Of a stretch of DNA of 64,000 bases, positions 24,320-36,520 are shown piece after piece. A model generated the notes under the pieces. The model ran no database searches. It was not told the origin of the DNA and saw only the letters and a program-made list of their open reading frames with translations. Each line of letters starts with the position of its first letter. The first letter of the stretch is position 1. The position numbers and the translations under genes were made by a program. Origin of the DNA: Glaucostegus cemiculus (Eukaryota); assembly GCA_976551045.1 (NCBI GenBank), contig CDPCPM010000022.1, positions 496,001 to 560,000 on the forward strand, read 5' to 3'.

Positions 24320-24410
24320 AGAAGCCCTGGTTTCTGCATGGCACCAAAGGAATTTGAGAATTGCACAGCATGTGTGATGCATATAGGGATTATTCATGTG
24401 GTGATGGTTG
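24320..24410. promoter_or_regulatory. Probable orthologue of SRR2 (Sox2 regulatory region 2)
   Basis: AAAGGAATTT...CAGCATGTGTGATGCATATAGGGATTATTCATGTGGTGATG versus recalled mouse SRR2 AAAAGAATTT...CAGCCATTGTGATGCATATAGGATTATTCACGTGGTAATG; ~3.7 kb downstream of the TSS. Confidence 0.72.
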
Positions 24411-27400
24411 CAATTGGCCTCTCATGTACATAAGAAAGAAGTGGACTGAATGTGGCCTTAACGTTCCTGGCGTTCATTTAAAAGGAACACTTCGGTAGCT
24501 CTGTAACAATTATGACGTAAATTATACATTGGGAAAGGTGTCTCTTCTAACACTGACAGAAATTATGCCAGTTTTTAGTTAAGTAGATGTTGTCGGGATT
24601 TCCTCAGTTTCCAACATAAAATCTTTATCTAATTTCCGTAATACAGATCACGAATTAATAAAATAACAGTGATTACCCAACTTTTTGAGGATCATTTGCG
24701 GTTTCCTATATTTAAAAATTATTTAAATAGTTTTAAAATTCACAACGGAGAAGGGTTTATATGCATTTCAACCACAGAATGGAAAATCACCTCCATTCTG
24801 AATATTTCCATTCCAATTTATGTTCCAAATTATGTCCCACGTATTCCAGGCCAATTTGTTTAACTTTAAATCAAACAGCGCGCTAGTGCGAGGAGAAATT
24901 GTATTTTTACATTCGTTGTATTATCCAGACGAATCGCCCTACTTCCTGCGAAGCTGAGACTCCGTTGTCAACGGTGTCAAGCGCGTCTTTGCCGGACAGG
25001 GTCAGACAGCTTTGGTCAAATTAATTATTGATAAAACCTATAGACGCAATCCTGGACAGACTCTTCCGAAGAAGGCTTAACATCCCACTCATTTCCCCCG
25101 CCCCCACCCAAGCGATCTTTAATAGGCTTATATGAATGCAAATAAAATATAAGGAGCACTGTAAGCCCCGTGCATGAGTGTTGTTTAAAAGTAGCATATA
25201 AGATTATTGATGAATTATCATGATAACCTGCGTTAATGCATGGCTTCGTATTCTATGTTTTCTCAGAATTTTGACGTGCATATTTATAATAAAATGTGTT
25301 TTTTTTTGTGTGGAACGACTGCACCATAAACAAATATGTTACGATATAAAGCTAGGGTAATTGTTGGGTAAGATTACCTGACAATAATATACATTGAATG
25401 AGAATAGATAAGCTAACGGAACATGAACTAATAATTACAATGCTGTATTAAATCAGCTAGGAGGTCTCAAACGAGACCTTTGTGTCCTGGTCCATTGAGG
25501 GTTCCAGCTGACAGCTTTTTGACAGAAAATAGCCTAAAACCTGCCTAGTGCCTCGGAGGGACAGGCGATACCTCTTAAATGGAAGTGTGATGGGATTCTC
25601 ATTTAAAGCCATTACATAGAGACAATTAAATGCCGCCGTTATACTAAATGGGTTTAACTTTCAATAACTCACCAACGCTTGCATGGAGCCGAAAAGAAAT
25701 AATAAATAAAGGCAAATCAGATTGTGGAGATTTACTGTTTGTCTAAGAGACTGGAAATGGCAGGAGGTACAACTTACAACACATCAACAGAGAAACTACA
25801 GCAGAGCCCAAGGGGCTGATTATGGTTCAACAGGTGCCACCTTTCCATAAAAATCCTGATCGCGGTTTCCTTTCGAAAAACTGGGCGAGTTCTCATTTCT
25901 AATCTGTCGTCAGCAGAGCCGGACACTGCCGCTGTACTTTCTAAAAATATGGTGTTCCCTTCAAAACAAAATCTTATCACAATCGCGTCGCTTATCCAAC
26001 TGGTGATAGAATCTACCTTATATCCAGTCACATTCTGACTATGTTTTCTAAGTTATAATTAGTGCTGACTAACGAAGGAGGGGGAACTTTAAATGTATCA
26101 TATTTGATTCCTTTTTGTTCTTATTCGGCTCCCAGATTTATAACTTTGTATTAGATTATCGGGCTCCCTGGAAGTTTAATTGCTCGATTAAAGCTATCTC
26201 GTTGTATATCTTGGTTGGTTAACTTTAATTTTTTTAACACCGTAGCGAGCAAACTAAAGAAAACATGGCGCAGGCCAACTTCAACCATGGCTGCTGTAGC
26301 GACTTTCTTTATTAAGCTACTTTTGTCAGATTTTGGGTCCCGCCAATTAAATGAAATACACGAACCACCATCGAGTATATGTCATTAGCCCTGCTTCATC
26401 AATCAACCGCTGTAGGGGTTGAGTGGAAATAAGGAGTGGCGTTTCCCGCACTGTCGATATATATCGCGCTGTATCAGAGATGCGGAGTTATCTTCAATTT
26501 GGTTTTCAGCAAACCATCTTTAAATAAACACCAGAAATGGGACGGGGTGCCAGCTGATAAACTAAATTACAAGTTCAATTCCTTTTTCTCTCGTTTTGAG
26601 GCTCCTGGATAAATAATTGCATTTTTCTCCATGATGTATTTTCCTGCAGATTTTTTTTGCTGCAAAAACAATTAGAAAGAATAGATGGCCGCTTGAGGAG
26701 TCTGAGTAAAGTCGGCGCTGGCAGCGGGGGCAGGTTCACATCCTGACGTCATCGCCCTTTGCGAGTTGGCTCCCAGTTTCCCACGGTTCAAAATTTAGAC
26801 TCTATCCCCCAACATCCACCCCCCCCCCCTCCGCCCCACCTCCCCCCAACACCAATTTAAGTAAGTTTGCTTTAACGATATCTCATGGCATTTTTATAAA
26901 TTGTCCTTGCCGGCGTTCGCGTGAGGGACAAATTTTATGTTCCTAATGAATGTAAAAGTTTTTTTTTCATCGTTCTATGTAATAGAATCGCTTTAAACAA
27001 CACGTCAGGTCCTGCGTTTATGAGAATTCGCGTATTTTCTTATTTCGAGAAAAATATGAACAATATGAGTGGAAACTTTTCCTTCGGTCCTGGGCTGAAG
27101 TGAGCTGTGTATCACCAGCCTCCCTGCGCCCCGACTAGCAGAGCCAGGAAAGGTACGTTATGGATGGACTGAACTGTCCGTAGATGGTTCACAGCAGAAT
27201 CTATCCTGTGGAGTTTCGTTCATTTTCACGCCAGCTATTCGACATTAACCCCCTCCGTGCCACATTTCATTGTCTTTGCACATTACATCTGGCTATAATA
27301 AACTAACAGTAAACAATTACTGATAGCTATTTTAATAGTATGTTTTACATTAATTCTGTGAAGACCTTTAGATGCAATTACATCTAAATTTACCACTATT

Positions 27401-30400
27401 TTAAATTAATAGATAAATCCTCTTGTTGTCCGGAACCTGTCGCAGTCTCATCACTTTGTAATTCAGATTTCACTGTTTCTACGGATCTGGTTGCCGGGCT
27501 CTGTATTTTGTGGACCCAATCGCACTACTTCCATCTACTGAACATTTAAAAATAAATCTGTAGCATTTTTGCAACTATTTGTTAAAGATTCCAAAATTCT
27601 GAGAAACGATTACTATAATATTTAGTTGGTACCTACCATGATTTATGTGTATATTTCTCATTGAAACTAACTTATGCATTCAAAGTGGCGCCATAAATTA
27701 ACTACAGTCATGTAGTGGAGACAGTTGGATTATTGTAAATCTGCTAGTTTATACCAATCAGTGGTTTTAGCTGACGGTCAGAGTGAATTTTCCACCCCGA
27801 GGGGCTATCTAAGAAGAAGGAGACTGGTCCACATAATTCTAACGCTCCTTTCTTTGTATATAAAAAATCAACCGTCATTTTGGGTAGTTAATGCAAAGCG
27901 TGAGTATTTTATAGGCGCTTTAGATTGGGATGACTGTGATAATGCCGAGGTGTAATTTCTGTTTCCGTGTTTAAAATGCTTTGAGTGCCCTGTTGAGCCC
28001 GAGGGGTGAACAGGGTTTTCACCTCTTGGACGTTCACATGCAAGTCACTGGCTTCTGACTTCAGTTGCACATTAGAATGCCACTAACAAAGCACCACAAA
28101 CCTACAGTTTGCTGTCGCTCTATTTTATTTTAAATGATCGAAGAAGATCAGCGGGCAAGAAAAACACCTCGTACTCAACACAAAACAAATGGGTGAAAGG
28201 TCTCCAAAAAGAAAAGCCAGTCAGCTTCTGAAAGATTGGAGTATAATTCTGTGACATTCTGTGACTAAACATTTGTATTAAAACCGAAGTGTAACGAACT
28301 GTTAAATGTCTGTTTAACGTTTTGTGGAATGTTATTTCTTAAGATTTTTTTTTCAAATTACAGAACTTGGAAATAGCTGGCAGATAGAGGGAAAGTAATT
28401 AAGGTATTAAAACAAGCAGTGCATTCCTCCAGAGGACCTTATCAACCAGGAACAGACTCAGCATCCCCTCAATATGCTAATATAGGAAGAATGACGTCAC
28501 AGCCGCAAGTTTGCCTGCACCATTGTGGAAACAAAGTGTGAAGTTCTGTAAACAAAATGATCTTTCCCACTCTCACTATAATCATTTAAGTATGATCTGT
28601 TGTGTTTTAAAACGCCACCCTACTGTTATGTGATATTTTGCCGTAATTTGCTAGAATGAAATGTAACGGTTTTGGGTGACGCCTATAAAGCTTTGCAAAC
28701 GGAAGTGGAATCCATAAATAAAACCAATAAACGTTAATAAGAATAGTATTATTATACATAAAACTGATTGTAAAATATGATATTATGAAACAAAAAGTAA
28801 ATCTTATCTTGCCAGTTTGAGTGTGAGCGTATCAGATGAAGAATGGGTTACAGTAATACACATCCTTTCTATCGGATAATGCTGACAATTTGATTAGTAT
28901 GGTCATTTTCATTCCGGAGGATGCAGGTTTGGGCCAAAATAAAATGCGATAGCAAATGGTTGCATTCTCTAAGAATTAAAGTCAGACCCATTATCAGTGC
29001 ACCTTCTCATGAAGAGGATGTCGTCAACTCGCCTGATGGGCCACTGTCAGTTATGTTACATTGAGTTTAATTCTGGTGTTGGTAATATGCCTAACTTGTT
29101 GTGAATTACCATGCACAATTAAAGTTCCTTTGTTTTATTCAAAATAAAGGACCAGCCATGATGGAAACAAAGATCTGAACATAGATTTTATTTTAATTGG
29201 CAATACAATAGCGTCGAGCTGCACAGAAACGTTTTATGATACTTTATGAGTTTACTATTCAACTGATATTGGAGCTGGTTCTTTTACTTAATTTTCTGTT
29301 TCCTATCTGGCCAATCAAGTTTGGTTAAAGTATTCGTATATTTGCAGTTTTGCAGTAAGGGGATCAATATTGTGAAGCGATCTGTCCCTCGCCAAAGGCC
29401 ATAAGCACACTACTTGCACAAAGACGTCACGAAGTCAACCATCTACAGAGTCATTGAGAGCATTTTGATCATCGTCGAATGAGTGATTAAATCAGTCATA
29501 TGGTCCAAACCTTAATCCAGCGAATTGAATAAAATCAAGGCCGCCACCCCCGCCCCGTCCGCTCACACACCCTTGGAATAGCCATTAAACTGAAGGTGAA
29601 TGTGATTTCTTACTTGACGATTGTTACTTGATCACCCTGGTGGGATAATAGTCACCCCAACAGATTCAGTTATGAGACTGTGCGAAATATTCAAAGGGAT
29701 TATTTTATATTACTTTTGTCTTCCAAGTTTGGGTTTGAAAACATGCAGTAAACTAAATGCGTTCAAAAGTTTTCAGTTACATTTTTATTTACTCTGAGAA
29801 GTGAGTAAATTTAGCTGAAATATAATGAAGGTTCCTATCCCTGCCCTAAGAGCATTTTATATCAGATCTTCGTTGAACCCTCTCTTCGTGGCGTGATTAA
29901 ATGAACGACAGTATACGATCTGCGTAAGGGACTTAATTTCAACCCATATTATGCAGCCGAGAAGAGGTCGGTTTACTTTAGGCGCCATTATTCAACGGAT
30001 TATGTATGCATATGGTGTCAAATACAATACGTGACAATGATGTGCAAACTGCTGCTTCTGAGCTATTCTCAGTCTAATACAGTTTCCCACTTTTCACCCA
30101 AAAGTGCTACTTGATCGCTTTGTGTTTCATCTCTAAACACACCGGGGATTAATCCTCGTTATTAATACTTGCATTTTCCGTCCTAAGGGCCCCTGAAAGG
30201 ATTTTAAAGTTTGCTTGGTAAACCTATTTCCTTTCACGACTGATTTAAATTTGCAAATCCTTATGGATGGTCTGTCACACTTTAGTTTAAATCAATAAAT
30301 ATTCTATGCAGCCGGATTGCATTGAATGCAATAACTGTATTAAATGAAAAGATGAAACCCATAAATGCATACATATTCCAGCACATAGATCTAATTATAC

Positions 30401-32059
30401 TTCCATCTGATAAAAACGCAGATACAAATGGCAATAAATAGAAAACATATCATCTTCCTAAAGTAGATTTTACCTCATACTTTGGAAGTCTAGATCAACC
30501 ATGGGGGATAAGCGGCAAACAGACAGAATTGCATCCTATTATCTCCCAAATATATGTGTTCAAAGTTTGTCGAACTTTCTAAAAGTTTGAGAACTTTACA
30601 TTTGTTCGTTAAACGCCTGGATTAATTTTGTTTTCAGTTCAGTTAAAGGAAAGAATCACGCACAATAGAAACTATATTTTTGTGGCGAAAAGCTGGAAAA
30701 GGTCACGATTTGTTTAAATGCATTTTTAAAAGCTCAATTGTTTTATTACTATAATGTCACACCTCGCCGCGAAAAAAGAATTAAAAACATATGCAGATGT
30801 ACTTAAGTACATTCATCTCAATCATTATGGTGGAAATAGAGTTTAAACGTGTTTAGTTTAAATGTGTGTCCTCTCGGTTTTCTCTATATATTGGTGTCTA
30901 TTGGTAGGGTTGACAAAGAGAAACCAATAATGCTCAATCATAACAGTAATATCACGATCTCGTACTTTAAAGGCTAGCATATTGTTTGATTACTAATTCG
31001 AGTTAATGCGATCTTTATGGAAACATAAGAGCGGATAATTGCCTCTTTTTCTGGGCAACAATATAAATCACAATCGCTTTATTATTTAATAACGTCAAAC
31101 GCTTCGTTGGATTGGCTCCGACAGGGAAGACCTTTTTTCTGCGCAGTGTTGTCGGGAAATACAATGCAGATCTAATTGTGGAGATTTTTAAAGTTGGCTC
31201 CTGTAAATGAACAACAGAGATATGGAAGTTCCAACAGATGTCTGCAGTTCTGCTCTGACACACACAGCCACACACAGACTCTGACGACCTATAGAAGAAT
31301 TTTTGCACCGGACGCCTAGCAACAGTCTAAATCTTTCTCAGACAAATACACCCGCTTCCCCAGTTGCTAGAGAGCACTTCAAACTGCAGAAAAGGTTATA
31401 TTTTGTTAACCAGGGCAGTGCGTTTTGCAATTCTTATTGCGCGGTCTGTACACATTGTGCCACGTAATCCGAAAGGTAAAAATATACTGGAAAGTCAACG
31501 TTGTGATTTTCAGTGCATGTGAACTGAAATGTCAAAGCTTGGTTAAAAAAAAAAGGCCAAGTAAAGACTCGCAATAAACTTATTTCATCCCATACTCCTT
31601 AATAGCCTGTCTTACCATTCAATTTATGTCAATTTATAGCAGTATTTCACAGAACCAAGTGAGGTAACGCAAATGCTTCATCAGAAAAAAAATATTTATA
31701 GAAGACTTTGTTGATCCAAAAAGCACATGTTCACTGCTCAATGCACCTGCTACCAACTTCTTGATTTTTGTTGGTAATTATTGGGGTTTGCACTGGAACA
31801 CTAACAGTAGAAACCAACACTGCCATTTGTTGAAACAGAAAACACTAAATGAGCATACAGTTTCCTGAATCCTGCTGGGTATTATTGGCCGTTCGATTGA
31901 TAAAGCCAATAACCCCAAAGACTGGAAACAGACAAAGCAATGTCGATGTTGGTCGCAAGGCTTCTTGAGAGACTATGAGGGCAATAATACTTTTATATTT
32001 CAAATTTTAAATACTTTTCAGCCCAAGCTACAGCCTTATATATTTCCGGGATGGAGGTG

Positions 32060-32400
32060 GGATTGGAGGAGTGTATTTGGTAGGGTGTCACAATATCCGT
32101 AAGTGATTTCTGCATGGTCCCATTCTCAGCCAGTACATAGTACCTAAACACGTCACGCTAAGCTGAAGCACAATGGATCTTAAAGCATGTTGGGAAGCGA
32201 CTCATGTTAATGTTAGAAGGAAAGTGGCGGAAGCAATGATTCTCTCAAAACATTGAAGAATCACCAGTAAGTTGATAAAGCTTTCAAATGCAGGTTGCGG
32301 TTATACTAAAGGAGGTGGGAAATAGAATATATTTGGACTAGTTGTTACAGGTGGTCCAGTAACTCGGAGAGCCAGGACAGTGACCTCACTGATCAGTTGT
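32060..32400 (+). mobile_element. Very decayed LINE 3' fragment
   Basis: Weak resemblance to a CR1 3' end (GTGGCGGAAGCAATG...CATTGAAGAA...GTTGATAA). Confidence 0.3.
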
Positions 32401-33594
32401 TCCGAGTGTCCTGCCGTGTCTGCATCAGCATCCAAAACCACATCAGAATGGCTGATACTATGAAGAGCATTTGCCAAGTCAAAAACTTGCTTCCTCAGTA
32501 AAAAGTAATAAGGATGCAGTTTCTAGCACGTCACTGTTTTGCTGCTTTTTCAAATCCTTTTGTATTTGGTTTGCCACATGCTTAGAACAATGCGAGCTTT
32601 GATACCAGTGCTCCGCTCAGCAGGGGCTGCGGAGATGTGTAGCACGCACCAACTCAACGTTACTCTGCTATCAAAAATATAACAGGTTATCAGGGCACAA
32701 GGATCTGGGTGTAGAAGTCGCACGGAATAACCACCAAAAAGTTCGTTGGCTTTATTAAAAAAAATTCGTATTGCAAACTCTTCTACTGTCTGACATCTGA
32801 AGGTCGAAAAATCCTGATCGGACACGAGGCTTCAGTGAATAAATGTAATACTTATTAAGGGAGGAACAGGTCCTTTTAATATGCATCGCGTTTAATCGAT
32901 CTCTATTATAGGTTATGCGAGCTGTCCAACAGGGTCGAAAACATATCATTGTAAATACAGTGACACACATGATCGGAGTGAAATGGGATATGGATAAAAC
33001 GTGATACCAGAAGGGGTTACGCCTCTTGCAAGGTCCCGTCACTCTGTGTGTATGCCTCTTTCTAGAATCTGCGTTATTATGCAAGGGCTGTTGACACCCT
33101 GTTAAGTAGAAGATTATTTGAATTGCACTAAAAATAAATTTAGGTTCTGACTTTCAACTGAAGAATAACAAAGGTACTTCTGAAATCACAGACGCAGCTG
33201 GACATTTCCCACCCAGCCACGGATAAACAGCCAACCCAGAAACATGACCGGGCAGATTGATGCTATTTTGAAGATAACGGTTTTGCTAAAGCGAACTAAA
33301 GAAAAACACATTGTTCAATTTGATTTCGTTTTTGCCGATTTTCTTTTAAAGTGAAAACAAAGTTTTTTAAAAGAATTAATCTAAACAAGGATAAAGCACA
33401 GAATAAATTCCAATCATGATCGCCGAGCTACTAAATGTTTTGGAGGGAAATAGTCGGTTTTTGAAATGCAGTAATTGAAATGCATCTGCATTTAATTGCA
33501 TAATGAAAAACCAAAGGTGCAGCACCCACTCTGCGCCCATAACGTTGGGAATGGTGGTTAGGATTTCCCGCTATAACCAGCCAATACTGTTAAT

Positions 33595-33795
33595 GTTATA
33601 GGAACAGAATGTTCCGGCACAGAATGAGGTCATTCGGGCCATCTTGCCTATACCAACTCAGTGAAAGAGTTATCCCATCAACTCCTCCCCCACGCCCTCT
33701 TTTTCTACATAGACTTGTGTTATATTTCCTTTTCAGGCATATTTCCAACTCTCTTTTGAAAGTTGCTGCTGAATCTGCTACCAGCACTCTTTCAG
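33595..33795 (-). mobile_element. Short CR1 3' end
   Basis: ORF 33596-33787 VADSAATFKRELEICLK matches the CR1 ORF2 terminus (A.S...FK..LD); followed by 3' UTR GATGGCCCGAATGACCTC. Confidence 0.65.
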
Positions 33796-34554
33796 CCGAG
33801 CATCGAACTTTGTCCGTGGTGTTGAATGCTTAAGCGCGTTGACATTTAAACAACTTCAGATGCATTTAAAAAGCTCGGAACTACACTTAATCGGATCAAA
33901 CATTTTGCTTTGCCTATAACGGCATTTTCTCGACATGAAGCGACATGTCTTCTATTTTAATGTAAATACAACACCTAATGATGGGAAGCGAATCGTGGAA
34001 CTTCTGGGTAGATGCTGTAATGACTATCGCAGTAGGCAGGGTACTCAAGTCAATAAAATGATAGAATGGTTACTACTAAGTGATTATTGATAGGTCAGTT
34101 TCAGTATCCTGGCGACTGGCAATTGATTTGGAACACGTCCAGTGATGTTTTGGACCTTATCTGCCTCCGAAGTTTCATTCGCAAGTGTGCTAATCAGCGG
34201 CCATCTGGACTTGGCAGCTCTTAGAAACTCCAACTGGCATCTGTAACAGTAATCTGAACGCTACTGAGCAATGGACTGTTCTTCGGGCACCTGCAGTAGA
34301 TGTGTGGTGCTGGCATGCACTCTGTGATACAGTAGTTTGTTTTCAGTTACTCTTCTCTCTCTCATCCTTCTGCCTTTCAGTCTCCATACAACCTTGGCAC
34401 TATTGTGTGACAGAAAATGTGAAATACTAGCGTGTTTAGACTTTTTAAAACGGCAAACCAAGCAAGGAATCAACCCTAATGTCTCTGATCTGAAGACATT
34501 GACTTATGTTTTTAACCAAAAGGATACGATAAAAACGGAAGTTCTCAGAAGTTA

Positions 34555-34700
34555 ACTAAAGTCAGAAAATGCTGGAAGCCCCCAGTAGGCCAGATATTTG
34601 TGGAGAGAACAGTAGTTAACATTTGGGGTATTGCCCCTCGGGATTTTCAATCACACTTTCAGAGTTTTAACTTCAGAAGTTTTGTCTTTGACTTTATTTC
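34555..34700 (-). mobile_element. Penelope-like terminal remnant
   Basis: CAGAAAATGCTGGAA...GTAGGCCAG...TGTGGAGAGAACAG..GTTAACATTT is similar to 51030-51150. Confidence 0.45.
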
Positions 34701-34799
34701 CACTAGCAGGTCTGAAATGAAAGAGGTGAAATTCCCCTGCATTCGAATGCTCAGAGATGAGGAGGTTTTCCATAAAATTAACACAGTGCATCCTGTAAT

Positions 34800-34800
<1 letters not shown>

Positions 34801-34855
<55 letters not shown>
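34801..34855. repeat. Compound microsatellite (CT)6(CA)21
   Basis: Direct reading. Confidence 0.95.
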
Positions 34856-34858
<3 letters not shown>

Positions 34859-34924
34859 ATGGAATGCACATTTAGAGGAAAGGTGCGAAAATTGTATGGA
34901 AAATTCGGATGGCAGAGACCATAA

Positions 34925-35099
34925 NNNNNNNNNNNNNNNNNNNNNNNNNNNNNNNNNNNNNNNNNNNNNNNNNNNNNNNNNNNNNNNNNNNNNNNNNNNN
35001 NNNNNNNNNNNNNNNNNNNNNNNNNNNNNNNNNNNNNNNNNNNNNNNNNNNNNNNNNNNNNNNNNNNNNNNNNNNNNNNNNNNNNNNNNNNNNNNNNNN
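34925..35099. other. Assembly gap (175 N)
   Basis: Run of N. Confidence 1.
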
Positions 35100-36289
35100 T
35101 TAGCACATGAGACTCCCCCGCCCTGGAGTAATGTGGATTGCATTGAAATTAGCATTGCCTCTTTTTTCCCCTTGTTCTAGGATATATTCAGGACTGGAGT
35201 GGGGGCGGGGCAGGATGGGTGGGAGTGGTCCAGACTGCCTGTTTAGCTTAAAATGTCGTTCTGAGACCTACGTTTATATTATAATGCCTTATGAATAGTA
35301 TGAATAAGTAATGAGTATCTGGCGCCTCAGATATTTCCCATTTTGTTCCCAAGCATCAGAGCTGCTGCGCGGGAAATCAGATTTCCGGCGTGATGGCAGG
35401 AAAACACTCATCGAGTCTACACACTTATTCCATTGTTGGCTTCCACATTTATTAAATCGTTCTAAAATGTACAACTTATGGCAATTTAAAACAAAAAAAC
35501 CCATCATGGGTTAACTTTGAATGCTTAATATGGTTTGACCGCATTTACACAAGCACTCATCTATACACCAGCTATTGCAGGCTTAAGCTAAGATTTGAGT
35601 GTAGTGTTAGCGTTCAATTCCAGCCCATACGAATCCTTAGATCTGCAGTTTGCTGTGCAAGTTTGTTGTCCGTTTATCAATAGTAATCGTTTGAGATATT
35701 TCGTTTGATTGCATCAGATAAACAAAACGGTTGAATCTTTAGAGTGGATTAGTAAACGGACAATCTGGCAGTTCTAACGTTCACAAAAAGAAGAGACGCA
35801 TCGTCTCACATTGAAGCCACGTACAGTAAAGTCCAGGTAGCTCAAAGCTGCCTTTATCACCTGTTAACAAGGAACTTCGACTTTGTTATAGAACATATTA
35901 GAACACTTCTCGACAAATATGTTTTTGTTTAAAATCAGAATAAAAGTGTTTTGGTTTAAAATCAGATTAAATTTTGCAATCTGTGAGGAGTGCCTTTATA
36001 ATACTGGGAAAAGGTCTTTTTTTAAACATGCGCATTACTCTTAGTCAAATAATAGAGAATGGTGCGCTACAGGCACAAAAGAAACGAGTCTGTGACAGTG
36101 GGTCCCAGTGCAAGATGGAAATTCCCACACGCAAATAATGTGTTCTTAAATATGCTGCTAAGTGATCATTGTTTAGTTCGGAATTATATATCTTAAGCCC
36201 ATTCACCAGTGAACGGGGCAGATAGCGGATACCCCGCAGGTGCACGGTCTTACTCTGCCATCCGGACATTAATGTAGATCATTCTCAGT

Positions 36290-36520
36290 CCGTTTGATCG
36301 GGCCTTTAAAATCCTATAAAACTGTCTGTGACGAAATGCCAGACCAGTATTTTCTTGAAGACTGCCTCGAGGGTACGTCCTTTGCAGCTTTAAAGATCTG
36401 CTGAAGGTATGACAAGCCTTTGCTGCGAGTGCCTGAGCATGTCAGCTTTCACTAGCGATCAGGTTGCACCGAGTTTACCATTTAGTAAACATGAGACCAA
36501 TAGCTGTACCCTTTGTTTTG
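36290..36520. promoter_or_regulatory. Candidate orthologue of Sox2 enhancer N1 (caudal lateral epiblast / NMP; Wnt+FGF)
   Basis: Paired Lef/TCF-like sites CCTTTGC (36379) and CTTTAAAG (36388); T-box-like AGGTATGA (36405); further CCTTTG at 36417 and ~36510; ~15.5 kb downstream of the ATG, similar to the amniote N1 position. Confidence 0.55.

Noticed and set aside
25908-25930. RE1/REST-like GTCAGCAGAGCCGGACACTGCC
   Set aside because: Wrong half-site spacing and several core mismatches
34651-35180. ORFs spanning the N run
   Set aside because: Artefacts of the assembly gap and microsatellite
35920-35970. ~28-bp tandem duplication (similar small ones at ~28246 and ~60908) and short AT-rich inverted repeats (~27367, ~30562)
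   Set aside because: Ordinary slippage or chance events in AT-rich DNA with no supporting context
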